A stretch of DNA of 64,000 nucleotides, taken from NCBI GenBank assembly GCA_000004985.1, contig GG738918.1, one strand, 5' to 3'. The notes under the pieces were generated by a model, which saw only the letters and a program-made list of their open reading frames with translations, searched no databases and had not been told where the DNA came from. The position numbers and the translations under genes are program-made. This DNA comes from Naegleria gruberi. Its lineage: Eukaryota. Shown piece after piece: positions 33,633 through 44,589 of this stretch (the first letter of the stretch is position 1; every line of letters starts with the position of its first letter).

Positions 33633-36590
33633 TTAAAAAATAGATTTAAATTCATTAGTCTTGATGAATGATAGATCAGTAATTTCTGGATAACCAAAAG
33701 CTGTTGGTCCAACAGTTTTCAATCCTTTTGGAGTGTGGAATTTTGGAGTTCCTCCCAAAACTAGAACAGAAATTCTGAATCCATATCTGAGCTCTTCTGT
33801 TTGAATGGCCAAACCAGTTTGAGAATCGACTATGGAAATAATGTTTGGAACAATGGCAAGAGATTGAATACTTTCTTGAGGAATGGTTTCCAATGATGGG
33901 TCATAATCTTTGACAATGACAGCTCTTAAAAATTCATTTTGGAATTCCACAATACATATCTTTCCTTGATCCTTTCCTAATCCTGATATTACACATTTTC
34001 CAATATTGAATCCTGATGTTGTTTTTCTATTGACATCAGAAATTTTACCACTAAAGAAAAGATCTCCATTATTCGAGTTCAAAATAGTTTGAATTGGATC
34101 CAAACTTTGAGAATGAGCTTCTAAAATACCTTTACCAATCGACCACACACCAGAATAACTGTTGTGAACAGTAGATTGCATTAATTCCTTCTTACTGATA
34201 GGATTTAAAATGATACCTGACATGGAACCCATTTGAACTGCAATAGGACGAAGAATACTTTCCAAACCCTTGCACGGATTTCTAGGATTGACACTAGTGA
34301 TCAATACTTGATTATTCATATCATCCAATAGCATGGTAGGAACAGGTGAACAGCCATCAATAAAGTGAGTGACCATATCAAGTTCTGGATAAGCTCTTCC
34401 CATTCCATCACAATCAACAACTGGTAAACCACTAGTAGCTGCAATGAGGAGTGGTGTAATTGAGTTTGAACCACCAATTTCAATACAGAAAATTGCTTCA
34501 ATCTTCTTTTTTGTGAAATTGGACATGGACTCAATGGCTGGTAAGAATTCTTCAACAATACTCTTTTCTTGAATGACCAGAGGTGCTCCCATCATTGCAA
34601 CAGGCAAGACAAAGGCATCTTCTGCGATTGATTCAGGAGAGATGATCTTGATTTCCTTGCCGTGTGAAAGGAGACTTCTGGCAAGAACAGCAGATTGTTT
34701 TGGTGAACCACCACCTCCACTAGAAACAACTCCTGATCCAATTTCAATGCAGTCAATATCTGTCTTGGTTAAAATCCATTCCTTTCGATTATCCTTATCT
34801 GAAACTGAAATATTTGGTTGATATGATTTGATATTTACAATGGATTGATTTGTCTTTTCGTTACTGAATTGTTCCTTTCTTTCTTCTCTCTTTGAAGAAG
34901 TGAGAGGTTTTTCAATTAGAAATTCCAAATTATTGGAAATGGAATTAAAGTCCAAATTACCAACAGCCTTACACAAAAATCTACAACTATCACCTGGAAT
35001 ATAAGCAAGAGGAATGCATTCAAAGTCAACTATCTCAACACTTTCTGGTTTGGCTCCATTCTTAATGGCCTTTTCAGTGGCCTCCTTTTTGACCGTCTCA
35101 ATAACCTTCTCTCTGTTTCCACCACTAGCAGAAATGTTAATCACTGTATCAACTCTACCAGAAACATCACAAAGAGCTGCACCTACAGCATTGGCACATT
35201 GGTAGTGTTTTGGCTTGATGATTTTGCTTACACCCTCAAATTTTCTATTCTCATCAATGAGAGATGATCCACCTCCCACTAATAGAACAGGAACATTGGT
35301 AGAAGCAATTTTCACATGGTCAATTGCTTCCTCAACAATGGAATGAATCTTGTCGACAATTTGTGGTGCTCTCTTTCCCAATCTTTGAGTTGTTTGAGAA
35401 AGTAATTCTGGAGAAGCTCCCCATTCACAATTTTTGAGTAATCCAAGTGCTACAGCTGCATCAGTCGTTGTCACAGTGTTTCCACCATATGAAAGTGATT
35501 CAGTGAAAATATTAAATCCAACACTCTTTGGACCAATTTGAATACTTGAATTTTCCTCATTTTCATTGAAAGATACAATGGAGCCACCACCCATAGCCAC
35601 AGAATAAACATCTGGTACTCTAAAATTAGTTGGCACATTACCAATGCTGACATTATTATTCGAGAGTCTTGGAAATCCATTCACCAATACACCAACATCT
35701 GTTGTTAAGCCACCAATATCCACCACAATTGCATTCTCCACACCTGATAAGAAGGCTGCTCCTTTCATTGAATTTGTTGGACCTGATTGAATTGTGAAAA
35801 TTGGAAATTCAGTTACCAAATTAGGAGGAATTAAGGTACCATCATTTTGAGTCAAGAAGAATGGACAAGCATACTTTGATCGAATGGCTTCTTGAAATGC
35901 ATAACAAATTGATCTGGAAACTCCCTTTAAACAAGCATTCAAAATTGAAGCATTTTCACGTTGCATGAATCCCATCTCTGAAATCTCATTCGAACAAGTA
36001 ATTTTCAATTCTGAATCATGATTGAAAAATTCTCTAATCCAATCAGCTACTTGTTTCTCTTGTTCACTATTAATTGGTGAAAAGATACCTGAAATGACAA
36101 TATTCTTCAAATTCTTTTCCTTGAGTGATTGACACATTTGCTGCACTTGATCCTGATTGACTGGCAATATTTCTCTACCATCCACTTGATATCCACCATC
36201 AATTTTATAATAATCTCCCAAAACCAACTCTTTCAATCTCTCAGGAAATGATTCACACGGTGGCAATGAATTATTTGCAGAGGAGCCAAGTCTACACACA
36301 GCCACCTTTTCCAAATCAGGAGAGAAGGAAAGAATGGCATTCACAAAGTGTGTCGTTCCAATAATTACACACAATATCTTACCTTTCCTTTGTCCACTTA
36401 CTTGTTGATCATTCTTCATCATCATGACTTGATCAATTGCCTTCATGATGCCACTTGTGATATCAGGAGAAGTTTGTGTTTTAATTGAATGTTCCACGAT
36501 ATTTCCTGCCGAATAATTAATCAGGGCACAATCTGTTGTTGTGGAACCAACATCAATGCCAATAATAAAGAGAGGTGGTGATAAAGACAT
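33633..36590 (-). CDS. hydantoinase/oxoprolinase-family (Hydant_A_N/Hydantoinase_A) protein fused to a C-terminal DUF917 domain
   Basis: Probable start MSLSPPLFIIGIDVGSTTTDCALI at 36590 (ATPase-fold phosphate-1 motif). A second IVVDIGGLTTDVGV motif lies mid-protein. The C-terminal ~400 aa are a Gly-rich DUF917-like module (GSGVVSSGGGGSP…IEIGGSNSI…VVDCDGMGRAYPELDM). Confidence 0.6.
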   Translation of the reverse strand: MSLSPPLFIIGIDVGSTTTDCALINYSAGNIVEHSIKTQTSPDITSGIMKAIDQVMMMKNDQQVSGQRKGKILCVIIGTTHFVNAILSFSPDLEKVAVCRLGSSANNSLPPCESFPERLKELVLGDYYKIDGGYQVDGREILPVNQDQVQQMCQSLKEKNLKNIVISGIFSPINSEQEKQVADWIREFFNHDSELKITCSNEISEMGFMQRENASILNACLKGVSRSICYAFQEAIRSKYACPFFLTQNDGTLIPPNLVTEFPIFTIQSGPTNSMKGAAFLSGVENAIVVDIGGLTTDVGVLVNGFPRLSNNNVSIGNVPTNFRVPDVYSVAMGGGSIVSFNENEENSSIQIGPKSVGFNIFTESLSYGGNTVTTTDAAVALGLLKNCEWGASPELLSQTTQRLGKRAPQIVDKIHSIVEEAIDHVKIASTNVPVLLVGGGSSLIDENRKFEGVSKIIKPKHYQCANAVGAALCDVSGRVDTVINISASGGNREKVIETVKKEATEKAIKNGAKPESVEIVDFECIPLAYIPGDSCRFLCKAVGNLDFNSISNNLEFLIEKPLTSSKREERKEQFSNEKTNQSIVNIKSYQPNISVSDKDNRKEWILTKTDIDCIEIGSGVVSSGGGGSPKQSAVLARSLLSHGKEIKIISPESIAEDAFVLPVAMMGAPLVIQEKSIVEEFLPAIESMSNFTKKKIEAIFCIEIGGSNSITPLLIAATSGLPVVDCDGMGRAYPELDMVTHFIDGCSPVPTMLLDDMNNQVLITSVNPRNPCKGLESILRPIAVQMGSMSGIILNPISKKELMQSTVHNSYSGVWSIGKGILEAHSQSLDPIQTILNSNNGDLFFSGKISDVNRKTTSGFNIGKCVISGLGKDQGKICIVEFQNEFLRAVIVKDYDPSLETIPQESIQSLAIVPNIISIVDSQTGLAIQTEELRYGFRISVLVLGGTPKFHTPKGLKTVGPTAFGYPEITDLSFIKTNEFKSIF

Positions 36591-36825
36591 TTTTTCTATA
36601 TGATTATTAATATTGTGAAGATTAAAATTTAAATGATGAAGAGATAGAAGGCAAAGGAACAATTTTTTTCAATGATTGGCTGTGTGAAAGGATCCAGTAC
36701 GGAACGAGAAGATTGGGATATTGCTTTCCAATTTGAAACTGTAATCAAAAGATCAAGCTTCCGAAGAGACAAATTATCTTTTACAATTTATGAAAAAAGA
36801 TTTGAAAAAAATTCAACAAATGGTC

Positions 36826-37517
36826 CTCTATGGACATGATGATTCTCGGAGTGGTTTTACATGATGAAAGCACCAAACTTTCACAGCATCATCTCAACAT
36901 TATCTAAATAGTAATAATAATAGTAATTTTTATTGGTGGATTATCATCATGAAATTAGAAATTATTTTTCAGCATGGAAAATCACAAGTTGGTGTTTCAA
37001 CATCCGACCACCGGATCATTCACCAACCATCATCATTATTGTTTTCCATTAATAATAATATTTGTAGATATTAATTTTTAGTAATTTAATTTTGATTTGA
37101 AATGTCAAAATTTCACTAAATTCATCATCACTGCTGGATCTACTGGACAAGTTGGAAAACTGTCAATGTAGTATTGTTCGGAATGGTCAATAGTAGGTAG
37201 GAGAACTTTCTCTTATCAATTTTGGTCAAGTTATGATAGTGTGAATTATGAAAAAGTACATGGACCATAACTCAACACGTACTTCACCAATTTGAATCAT
37301 GTCTTTTAGTACTACTATTTAAATAGATAATAAACATCATATTTATTATCAGATTTTCATCATGTTGTCAATTTACCAAGTTCCGATATTTCATGCTACC
37401 AGAGTTGATTCATAGCCCAATTACAAATCAAACAACAATAAAACAACAATTCATAATGTTTATTATTATTAAATATATAATCTCGAGTATTGTATAGTAA
37501 TTTGTGAAAATCATGGA
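36826..37517 (+). repeat. dispersed structured repeat, copy 1 (longest; carries ~190-bp extra internal segment)
   Basis: About 85-90% identical to 55591..56090 and 50236..50462. The core contains nested imperfect inverted repeats: tttacatgatgaaagcacc pairs with ggtggattatcatcatgaaat, and atggaaaatcacaagttggtg pairs with caccaac…ttttccat. It lies entirely in intergenic DNA. Confidence 0.7.
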
Positions 37518-37679
37518 ATATTTTACTTATAATGGTTGCAAAACATTATATTCAATGAATAAGAGATGAGAAACACTCAAAAGAAGAACATAGCTTGCCA
37601 GTGTTATTTTCTCACTCTCTACAATTTATTATTTCACTATCTTTTAAAATAATTGAGAAGGAAAGTATTTCATTTTATT

Positions 37680-37736
37680 CACAGCGAGTCAAACCACAAG
37701 AAATACGACGGGGGAACTCAATGAGTTTCGCAGCCG
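37680..37736 (+). other. conserved ~57-nt intergenic element, copy 1 (CACAGCGRGTCAAACCACAAGAAAT…GAACT…AGTTWCGCAGCCG)
   Basis: About 80% identical over its full length to 54125..54180. Both copies sit in short intergenic spacers. Confidence 0.4.
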
Positions 37737-37849
37737 TTTCCTTAATAAAAAATCAAATAAATCCAACAACATCCTTATTTGTTCTACTTGCGAAGTGGGA
37801 ATTTTTCCAACATGTGACATTTCTAATCATACATATTCAAGACATTTGA

Positions 37850-40186
37850 TTATCTATAAGAAACAGCTTTATTATTATCATAGATATCACACAAGAAAGA
37901 GTCATCACCCAATCTACAGAAGAATTTCTTCAAATCCATAACAAGCAAATCCTCTGTTTCATCATGAAAGCATCCACCATTTAAAGTTGTTGCATTTTCA
38001 GTAGTCTTCTGATGCGAATGTAAAGCTTCTGAATCAATATTATGATATTCCCATGGGGCAAGCCCGAATTTCTCAAATAATTCAATTAGATGGAAACAAA
38101 TGATATGAACATAATCGGCAATACCATTAGCAGACTCGCCTACATTCTTGTACATTGATTTGTGGAAAATCTCTAGAATTAATTTTGGAAGAATATAATC
38201 ATTAGCCTTATAAGCGTTCCAAACGTCTCTATCATCATAGCACAACTTCCATACATCTTGAAAATTCCTCCATAATCGCTTTATATTATCATCCAATTTC
38301 GGCCTTTCAGCAATTTGTTGTTCTTGTTGCATTTGAGCAATACATTGAGATATTCTGGATAATGAACTTATTCTATTCCTCTCCTCAAAATATTTCTGCA
38401 TAATTGGGAACCATACATCAAATGTGACAACGATTTTGTCTGTCATTTTGAATAGTAGTTGATTAAATTCAACTGTTGTTGATCCAACTCCATTATTCCG
38501 TGCTTGATTTTGTGGGTTGGTTTCTTTAACTTTAATACCATTATTTGTCCAAACAATGTTATCATAATACAGTAACAAATCTGATCTGATATATGGTTTC
38601 ATCAATTGCTTATTGAGGAATCTGTCGTCAATAGATCCAGTGTTGAATAATGCTGCAAAATATCTCATATCATCTTCGTTCGAACCTATAGTTAATGCTA
38701 ACATTGTATACATGATTCTATTCAATCCGTGAGCAATACAAATACCAGTATTTTTCAAACTATACCCAATACAGTTCTTCCAATGATCATCCGTTCTTTT
38801 CCACTGCCAAATCTTCAAATCTTGGAATTTGAAATAAAACTTTCTCATTTTCCATGAATAAAAACAAAATGGGCAAGTCGTTAAGGTTTCACCACTAGTG
38901 GCATAGAATTTGGTATTCAAATTATTGATTATTAAATGGAAAAGTTGCTGATCAACCCAATAATGTCTTAAAAAATCGTCAGCACAGGATGGAATTGATG
39001 GAAGATGTTTCAACCTGTATATACCATCAACTACTTCTATTGGGATAATGGTATCACAATCTAGTTGAGAATAAAATGTTGAATTTGAAACTTGATTTCT
39101 CCAATACATCAGTCTATCTCTTAGTTGAGAATTCTGTTGATTTACAAGCAATTCGGAGTAATCTTGGCCATTAAAGCTCATTTCCAAAACCAATGCAGCT
39201 TGTTGATACATCCACACCTTTCTAACTGGTTGCTGTACTTCATGTAAATTCACAGACGCCCTTAATGCACACAAATCAGGTGAAACAATGTGAGTAACAG
39301 AATATAACTTATTTTCAAAATGCATAGATGACATTCGTAACATTTCTTGCATGCATTTCCATGCTCCTGTATGTTGAAGTGCAACTTTCTCATTTGTTTT
39401 GAAAGCAGATAATGTAATACAATTTTCAATTGAAATATTATTACCTGCTAATGAAACCGTCAATACAGTAGGCGTTGATTGAACAGCAATTCTTGAATCC
39501 CAAGAATACTTTAGAAATATGCTCGCATTTTCTATCAAGTTCTCTTTAACAAACACTCTGACAGCATCCATCAAAAATGCAACCCCATTAGAAATAGTGT
39601 AATATGATTTGGTGGTATCTGAAATTATTTTAAAAGGAGCTGTTTTTGTTAACCAAGTCCTGATACTCCCTGAGAAACCCTTGATGTCGTCTCCACTTGG
39701 AATAGCTTTTTTTGGATCGTATGGATGGATGAATTTCTTGAATTTGATATATTTTCCAATAGATATACCTGTCCTAATCCAAGATGTACCCATTGCAACA
39801 ACCGATATCCTTGTTTTGGCTCGTTTGCTGATTGTATAACCTAATTGTGAATGCTTTTTGAGATGTTTGTCTTCTACTGAATTAATTGCTTGATTCAATA
39901 ATGACCTTCCAAGTCTTGTATTAGTCAACCACATTAATAACAATTGGTTAAATGTGTATGTACTACAAAACAGAGAAAGCAAGTAAGGAAAGAAAACAGT
40001 AAACCAACAATTCAACATTTGCGTGTCTACTTCAGTCCTAACTACATACGGAACTTTCTCATACTGGTCCGTGAAGTAAGCATTATTGTTTGGTCTAACA
40101 TAATTTGCCTCCAAAGCCTCACAAGTGGAACGTCTTGTTCGTCTTGTTAATATTGATTCTGATGGACGGCTTCTTGGTGGTACCAT
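37850..40186 (-). CDS. type II membrane protein of unknown function (possible Golgi glycosyltransferase-like)
   Basis: Continuous 778-aa ORF with its ATG at 40186. A basic N-terminus is followed by a single TM (LNCWFTVFFPYLLSLFCSTY) and a large lumenal domain. No signature motif was recognised. Confidence 0.5.
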   Translation of the reverse strand: MVPPRSRPSESILTRRTRRSTCEALEANYVRPNNNAYFTDQYEKVPYVVRTEVDTQMLNCWFTVFFPYLLSLFCSTYTFNQLLLMWLTNTRLGRSLLNQAINSVEDKHLKKHSQLGYTISKRAKTRISVVAMGTSWIRTGISIGKYIKFKKFIHPYDPKKAIPSGDDIKGFSGSIRTWLTKTAPFKIISDTTKSYYTISNGVAFLMDAVRVFVKENLIENASIFLKYSWDSRIAVQSTPTVLTVSLAGNNISIENCITLSAFKTNEKVALQHTGAWKCMQEMLRMSSMHFENKLYSVTHIVSPDLCALRASVNLHEVQQPVRKVWMYQQAALVLEMSFNGQDYSELLVNQQNSQLRDRLMYWRNQVSNSTFYSQLDCDTIIPIEVVDGIYRLKHLPSIPSCADDFLRHYWVDQQLFHLIINNLNTKFYATSGETLTTCPFCFYSWKMRKFYFKFQDLKIWQWKRTDDHWKNCIGYSLKNTGICIAHGLNRIMYTMLALTIGSNEDDMRYFAALFNTGSIDDRFLNKQLMKPYIRSDLLLYYDNIVWTNNGIKVKETNPQNQARNNGVGSTTVEFNQLLFKMTDKIVVTFDVWFPIMQKYFEERNRISSLSRISQCIAQMQQEQQIAERPKLDDNIKRLWRNFQDVWKLCYDDRDVWNAYKANDYILPKLILEIFHKSMYKNVGESANGIADYVHIICFHLIELFEKFGLAPWEYHNIDSEALHSHQKTTENATTLNGGCFHDETEDLLVMDLKKFFCRLGDDSFLCDIYDNNKAVSYR

Positions 40187-40336
40187 CCTCTATTTTTTTT
40201 AGTTTCAAAATGCCCAAATTTTGGCGGGTTTAACTTTTGGCGGGCTGCCAACATCTTAATTGGATCCTTGATTCGACAACTTGAAATTTCAATTAAGGAT
40301 ATTTGAGTTTTGGTATGAAGATTTATTACTTACATC

Positions 40337-41396
40337 TTACATATCTTGCCAAGCTTGTAGAATATTGTTCCACTTTTGAGTTGTATATTTAAATTCAACA
40401 CGAATAATGTCAAGTTGAGGCCTGTAAGTTAAAGTAAACTGAATACATCTAGCTCGAAACGTATCATTCTTCCCATTCCACTTTTTCAAAAACCAATGTT
40501 CAGATTTTAAACTTGGCATATTATCTTCATCCCATACATACACTTTTGTATCAAGTTTCAAACCTTTAGAGGATTTGCCTTCCATATAGTAATACTTAGA
40601 TGTAAGTTTAACAGATGATGGTTTGGATTGAGTTAACTGAGAGAAGAATAAATCTGAAATTGGACCAAATGGAAGTGTAAAACATAAATTCTGTCTCCAA
40701 GTTACATTTCTTGCTGAATCAGGATTCATTCTTGCTACTACACTTCTTTCTATTAATGTCTTGGCTTCCTTGACTCTTGTGTGGTTATATTTAGGAGAGG
40801 CTGGTGACAATTTAATGTTGAATGTGTCTTCACCACCATTTGGTGTGATAAAAAATTGAATTCTTTCCATTAAGGCTTTAGATTCATTATCAGAAAGACA
40901 GTATGTTGTATCATTATCAGTATTCCACATATTGTTATTAGAAACCATTACTCTTCCACATTGATAATTAATTTCTACATTATAAATTATAAATTTAAAT
41001 TTAAATAAGAAATACTTACTTGGAGGAGAGGGTTGTGTAAGAAGAGCCAAATATGAAAAGGCTTTCAAATATTTAAATATTAAGTATTATGAAACATACT
41101 TTCATTTTGTGTTGGTTCTTCCAATGGTACAAAATTAATGGTTGGTAATGAAAAATTGGAGGCTTGATTGGAAGTAAGTGGCCAATGTTGAATAGTTCCT
41201 TCGTTTGGCATTGTATTTAAAGTGTCATCCATATCTAGAATTATATTATCTCTCTGGTTGTTAACAATGTTCACTTATCCGATTAATTAATTATTTAATT
41301 AATTATTATACAAAACTACAACCTACCACGTTTTGTTGGTTTCTTCTTCTTGATAGCGGTAATATCAGAAGACTTCTTCCAATTCCATTTAAACAT
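40337..41396 (-). CDS. hypothetical protein, 4 exons: complement(join(40337..40974,41020..41060,41099..41273,41327..41396))
   Basis: An ATG at 41396 (MFKWNWKKSSDITAIKKKKPTKR) is followed by introns of 53 nt (gtaggt…ataag), 38 nt (gtatgt…gaaag) and 45 nt (gtaagt…atgtag). Each intron restores frame between ORF fragments that are otherwise stop-interrupted. The product is about 300 aa with a beta-rich C-terminal domain. Confidence 0.5.
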
Positions 41397-41851
41397 ATGT
41401 GGAATGCTCATTGTTGATGTTTGATTATTTGTTTGTTGTTAGTGTTGAAGTCATGTTGTGGGATGTAGTTTGTGGGAGGTGGATGTTGTGTGCGTATTGT
41501 TGCATCATTTTTTTAAAATACAGCACCCTTTGCGAAAAGACAAAAATTAAATACTTGATGGCGACACATGCTGTGTTACACATTCTCGCTGATAATTTTG
41601 GCTGTGCGGACTACCAATTTTGGTCTTTTAAATTGCCAAGTTTTGTTGTTTCCATTTTCGCGTCTTTCCACAACATAAAAAAAATAGATGAACTGAGAGT
41701 TCTTGATGAAGAGAGAAAATATTAGTTTTATAAAACAACAACAACAACACAAGGAACAAGTAATTTGCGTTTTTGCATCAATTATAAATATTAGCGAAAG
41801 ATAACAAGAATCCATCATCGGATTTATTGTGGTGCTATCATCATCATCATA

Positions 41852-44374
41852 ATGAAAAGTCTATGGATTGATAGGATCATAAGAGACTTTTTCAAGTATA
41901 TTACCAAATCAACGGAAGATGACATGAAGAAATTTTGTATAAAACAACAAGTGGCTGCCCAAGGGTTTCCGCTCATGGTATCAACCAACGTTTCCATCAT
42001 TATCATGTTGGCAATAGTCTATGTGGAGTGGAATAGGAATATTCTCTTATCCTTTCTGTATATGACTTTACTTGACTTGCTGATTGATATTTCAATCATT
42101 GTATTGGTGAAAGTTTTGGCCACAAGGCAAAACATGGGAGCTTTGGAAATATTATTCTTCTTTAAGAATATTCTTCTAGGAACAGTGAGGATGTGCTCGC
42201 AGTGCTATCTAGGATTTAATGTGCCACTGTGGGTGATAAGTGCCTATTCACTAATTGTCATTTCACATGTTTCATTCTTTAAGAATTTTGTATCGGTGGT
42301 TTCCTGTCTTGTATTGATTCTTTCATCAGTGATGGGACAAGTTCTATCTGTATATATTGGAAAGGAGAATTTTGAGAGAGGTCAATTCATCACGAATCTC
42401 CATCAGCAAGCTCAGTCGCCTTACGTTTACTATTCAAATGACTATTATTATTACATTGGAAGAATTTTGGAGAGTACAATGTTGCAATTGACTGTTCTGA
42501 TAATTGGCTACATATTTGCAAAGAATGTGGAAAGGCAATATAATAATAGTCTGACCTTTCAAATTGAGGCAAAGAATGAAAGAATTTTGAACGAATCCAA
42601 AACTAGGTTCATCTCTAATTTGAGTCATGAAATGAGGTATGTGTTTTTTTAATAGTTCAATACTTAATTTTGATAAAGAAATCCACTTCATGGGATGATA
42701 GGCATTTCGGAAATTATGAAATTAGAGCTGAAAAAGACGATTTGTGCACTTTCACAAGTCGATTTTACAAAACCTGAAAGAGCAGAGGAGAAAATAACAG
42801 AAGCTGTCAATTCTAGTGAAGCAAATTTAGAAATGATTAAGGATATCAACAGTAATGCACAAATGCTTCTCCAAATTTTCTCAACATCATTGCAAATCAG
42901 TAATATGGAACTAGGAAAACTAAATTTGAATTATACTCCATTCAACGTTGTGGAAATGGTGGACTCTCTCGTTTCAGTATTTTCAACAATAGCTAAGGAA
43001 AAAGGACTGATACTACAATCCTTCTTTGATTTTGAAAATGTTCCAGTAATTGTAAAAGGTGATCATATTCGGCTCTCACAGGTATTAGTCAACTTTGTAT
43101 CCAACTCTGTGAAATACACCAAAAAGGGTAAAGTTTATTTGGATGTGAGCATGATAAAAAGTACAGACAAGGATTTCCCATTCAATGATCAAGCTATTGA
43201 AATTGATTTGGGAAAGGAAATTATTTCTGGCAATCAATTAGAATATATCAAGATTGTTTGTCAAGATACTGGAATAGGTATTCCAAAAGAAGAGCTTGGA
43301 AAGTTGTGTAAACCTTCCCATACTATACATCATACTGAAGGATCTGGACTCAATAATGTAGAATATGAAAAAGTCTATAGACACTTAATGGGTGGACAAA
43401 ATTCATTCAATGATAGACATGGAATAGGTCTCAGTTTATCTTTAAATTTCATTCATCTCATGAAGGGAAAATTGAATATCGAGAGTGAGCTCGATAAAGG
43501 AACCACCTTGACTCTCTACATTCCAGTAATCAAATGCTCTCCAGATGAATGTTCCAAGGTACACAACACTATATTTTCGAAAATTTCATGCCTCAAACAA
43601 TTGGGATCTTCTGCAATATCTAGGATAGTTATTCTAGAAGATGATCCTGAATATTTATCAATTCTAACAAAACTGTGCAATCAAATTCTCAAACCACCAA
43701 CCATTTCACACATTGAAAAACACAATGTTGTTGAATCTCTAACTGATATCACTGCTAACACACTAATTCTCTACAATCACAAAGATTACAAAGATGTAAT
43801 TGAAAGATTTTCTGGAAAACTCATTTCTAACAAGATAATTCCAATATTTAGACGAGGAGAAAAAATTCCAACCAAAGCAAAACCAATTGTATTGCCATCT
43901 AGAGTGGAAAGTATCATTAAGACTATTTATCACTGTCTATCTAACACTACCAAGAAGCTTCTCTCACCCAGCTCTGCAACAAGCACCATGGATATTGATA
44001 AGGCATTCGCTCTTCCACACAATAATAGGATTCTTGTAGTGGATGATAATGCAATCAACAGAAAACTCCTGAAGAAAGCACTAAACATGCTTGGATATTC
44101 GGCAGATATGGCATCGGATGGCTCTGAAGCGTTAGATCTCATCAAGAAACAACCAAACAGTTATGATATCATTTTCATGGATTTGTTAATGCCGAATATG
44201 GGAGGAAAAGATAGTTGTAAGTTTATGAGGGAATGGGGATGCAGATCTCAGATCATTGCTGTCACAGCAAATATTTGGGCGAGTTCCCAATCTTTGACTC
44301 AAAACGGATTTAGCTCGGTATTAAGGAAACCATTCACCATTGATGATATCAAACAAGTACTGAAACATGAGTAA
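41852..44374 (+). CDS. hybrid sensor histidine kinase (multi-TM sensor + HisKA + HATPase_c + receiver); join(41852..42636,42679..44374)
   Basis: Exon 1 encodes a ~5-6 TM N-terminus and ends inside the H-box (FISNLSHEM|R). A 42-nt intron (gtatgt…ataaag) joins in frame to RNPLHGMIGISEIM. The ATP-lid motifs are DTGIGIP and GIGLSLSLNF. The receiver domain is RILVVDDNAINRKLL…IIFMDLLMP…VLRKPF. Confidence 0.75.
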
Positions 44375-44589
44375 AATTTTGAGTGTAATTTGTAACCATA
44401 TATTATGCCAAGTTCCATAACTCAATCTTCAAACCTTTGAGGAATGTAGCTCAGACGGAGAGCCCTGGCTAATTTCAACAACAACAAGGTTATAACAAAG
44501 CCATCAAAACACAATAACGAATAGGGCCAGTTCGATTGATCGAAGCAATCCATTCCTCACTAATCTTTTGTTCTTTCGAACGCAACTCT

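Noticed and set aside
44441-44475. tRNA-like segment GGAATGTAGCTCAGACGGAGAGCCCTGGC
   Set aside because: It has an acceptor/D-arm-like 5' half with a box-A consensus, but no anticodon stem complement or T-arm (GTTCGAATC) follows. It is a relic or chance match, not a tRNA gene.
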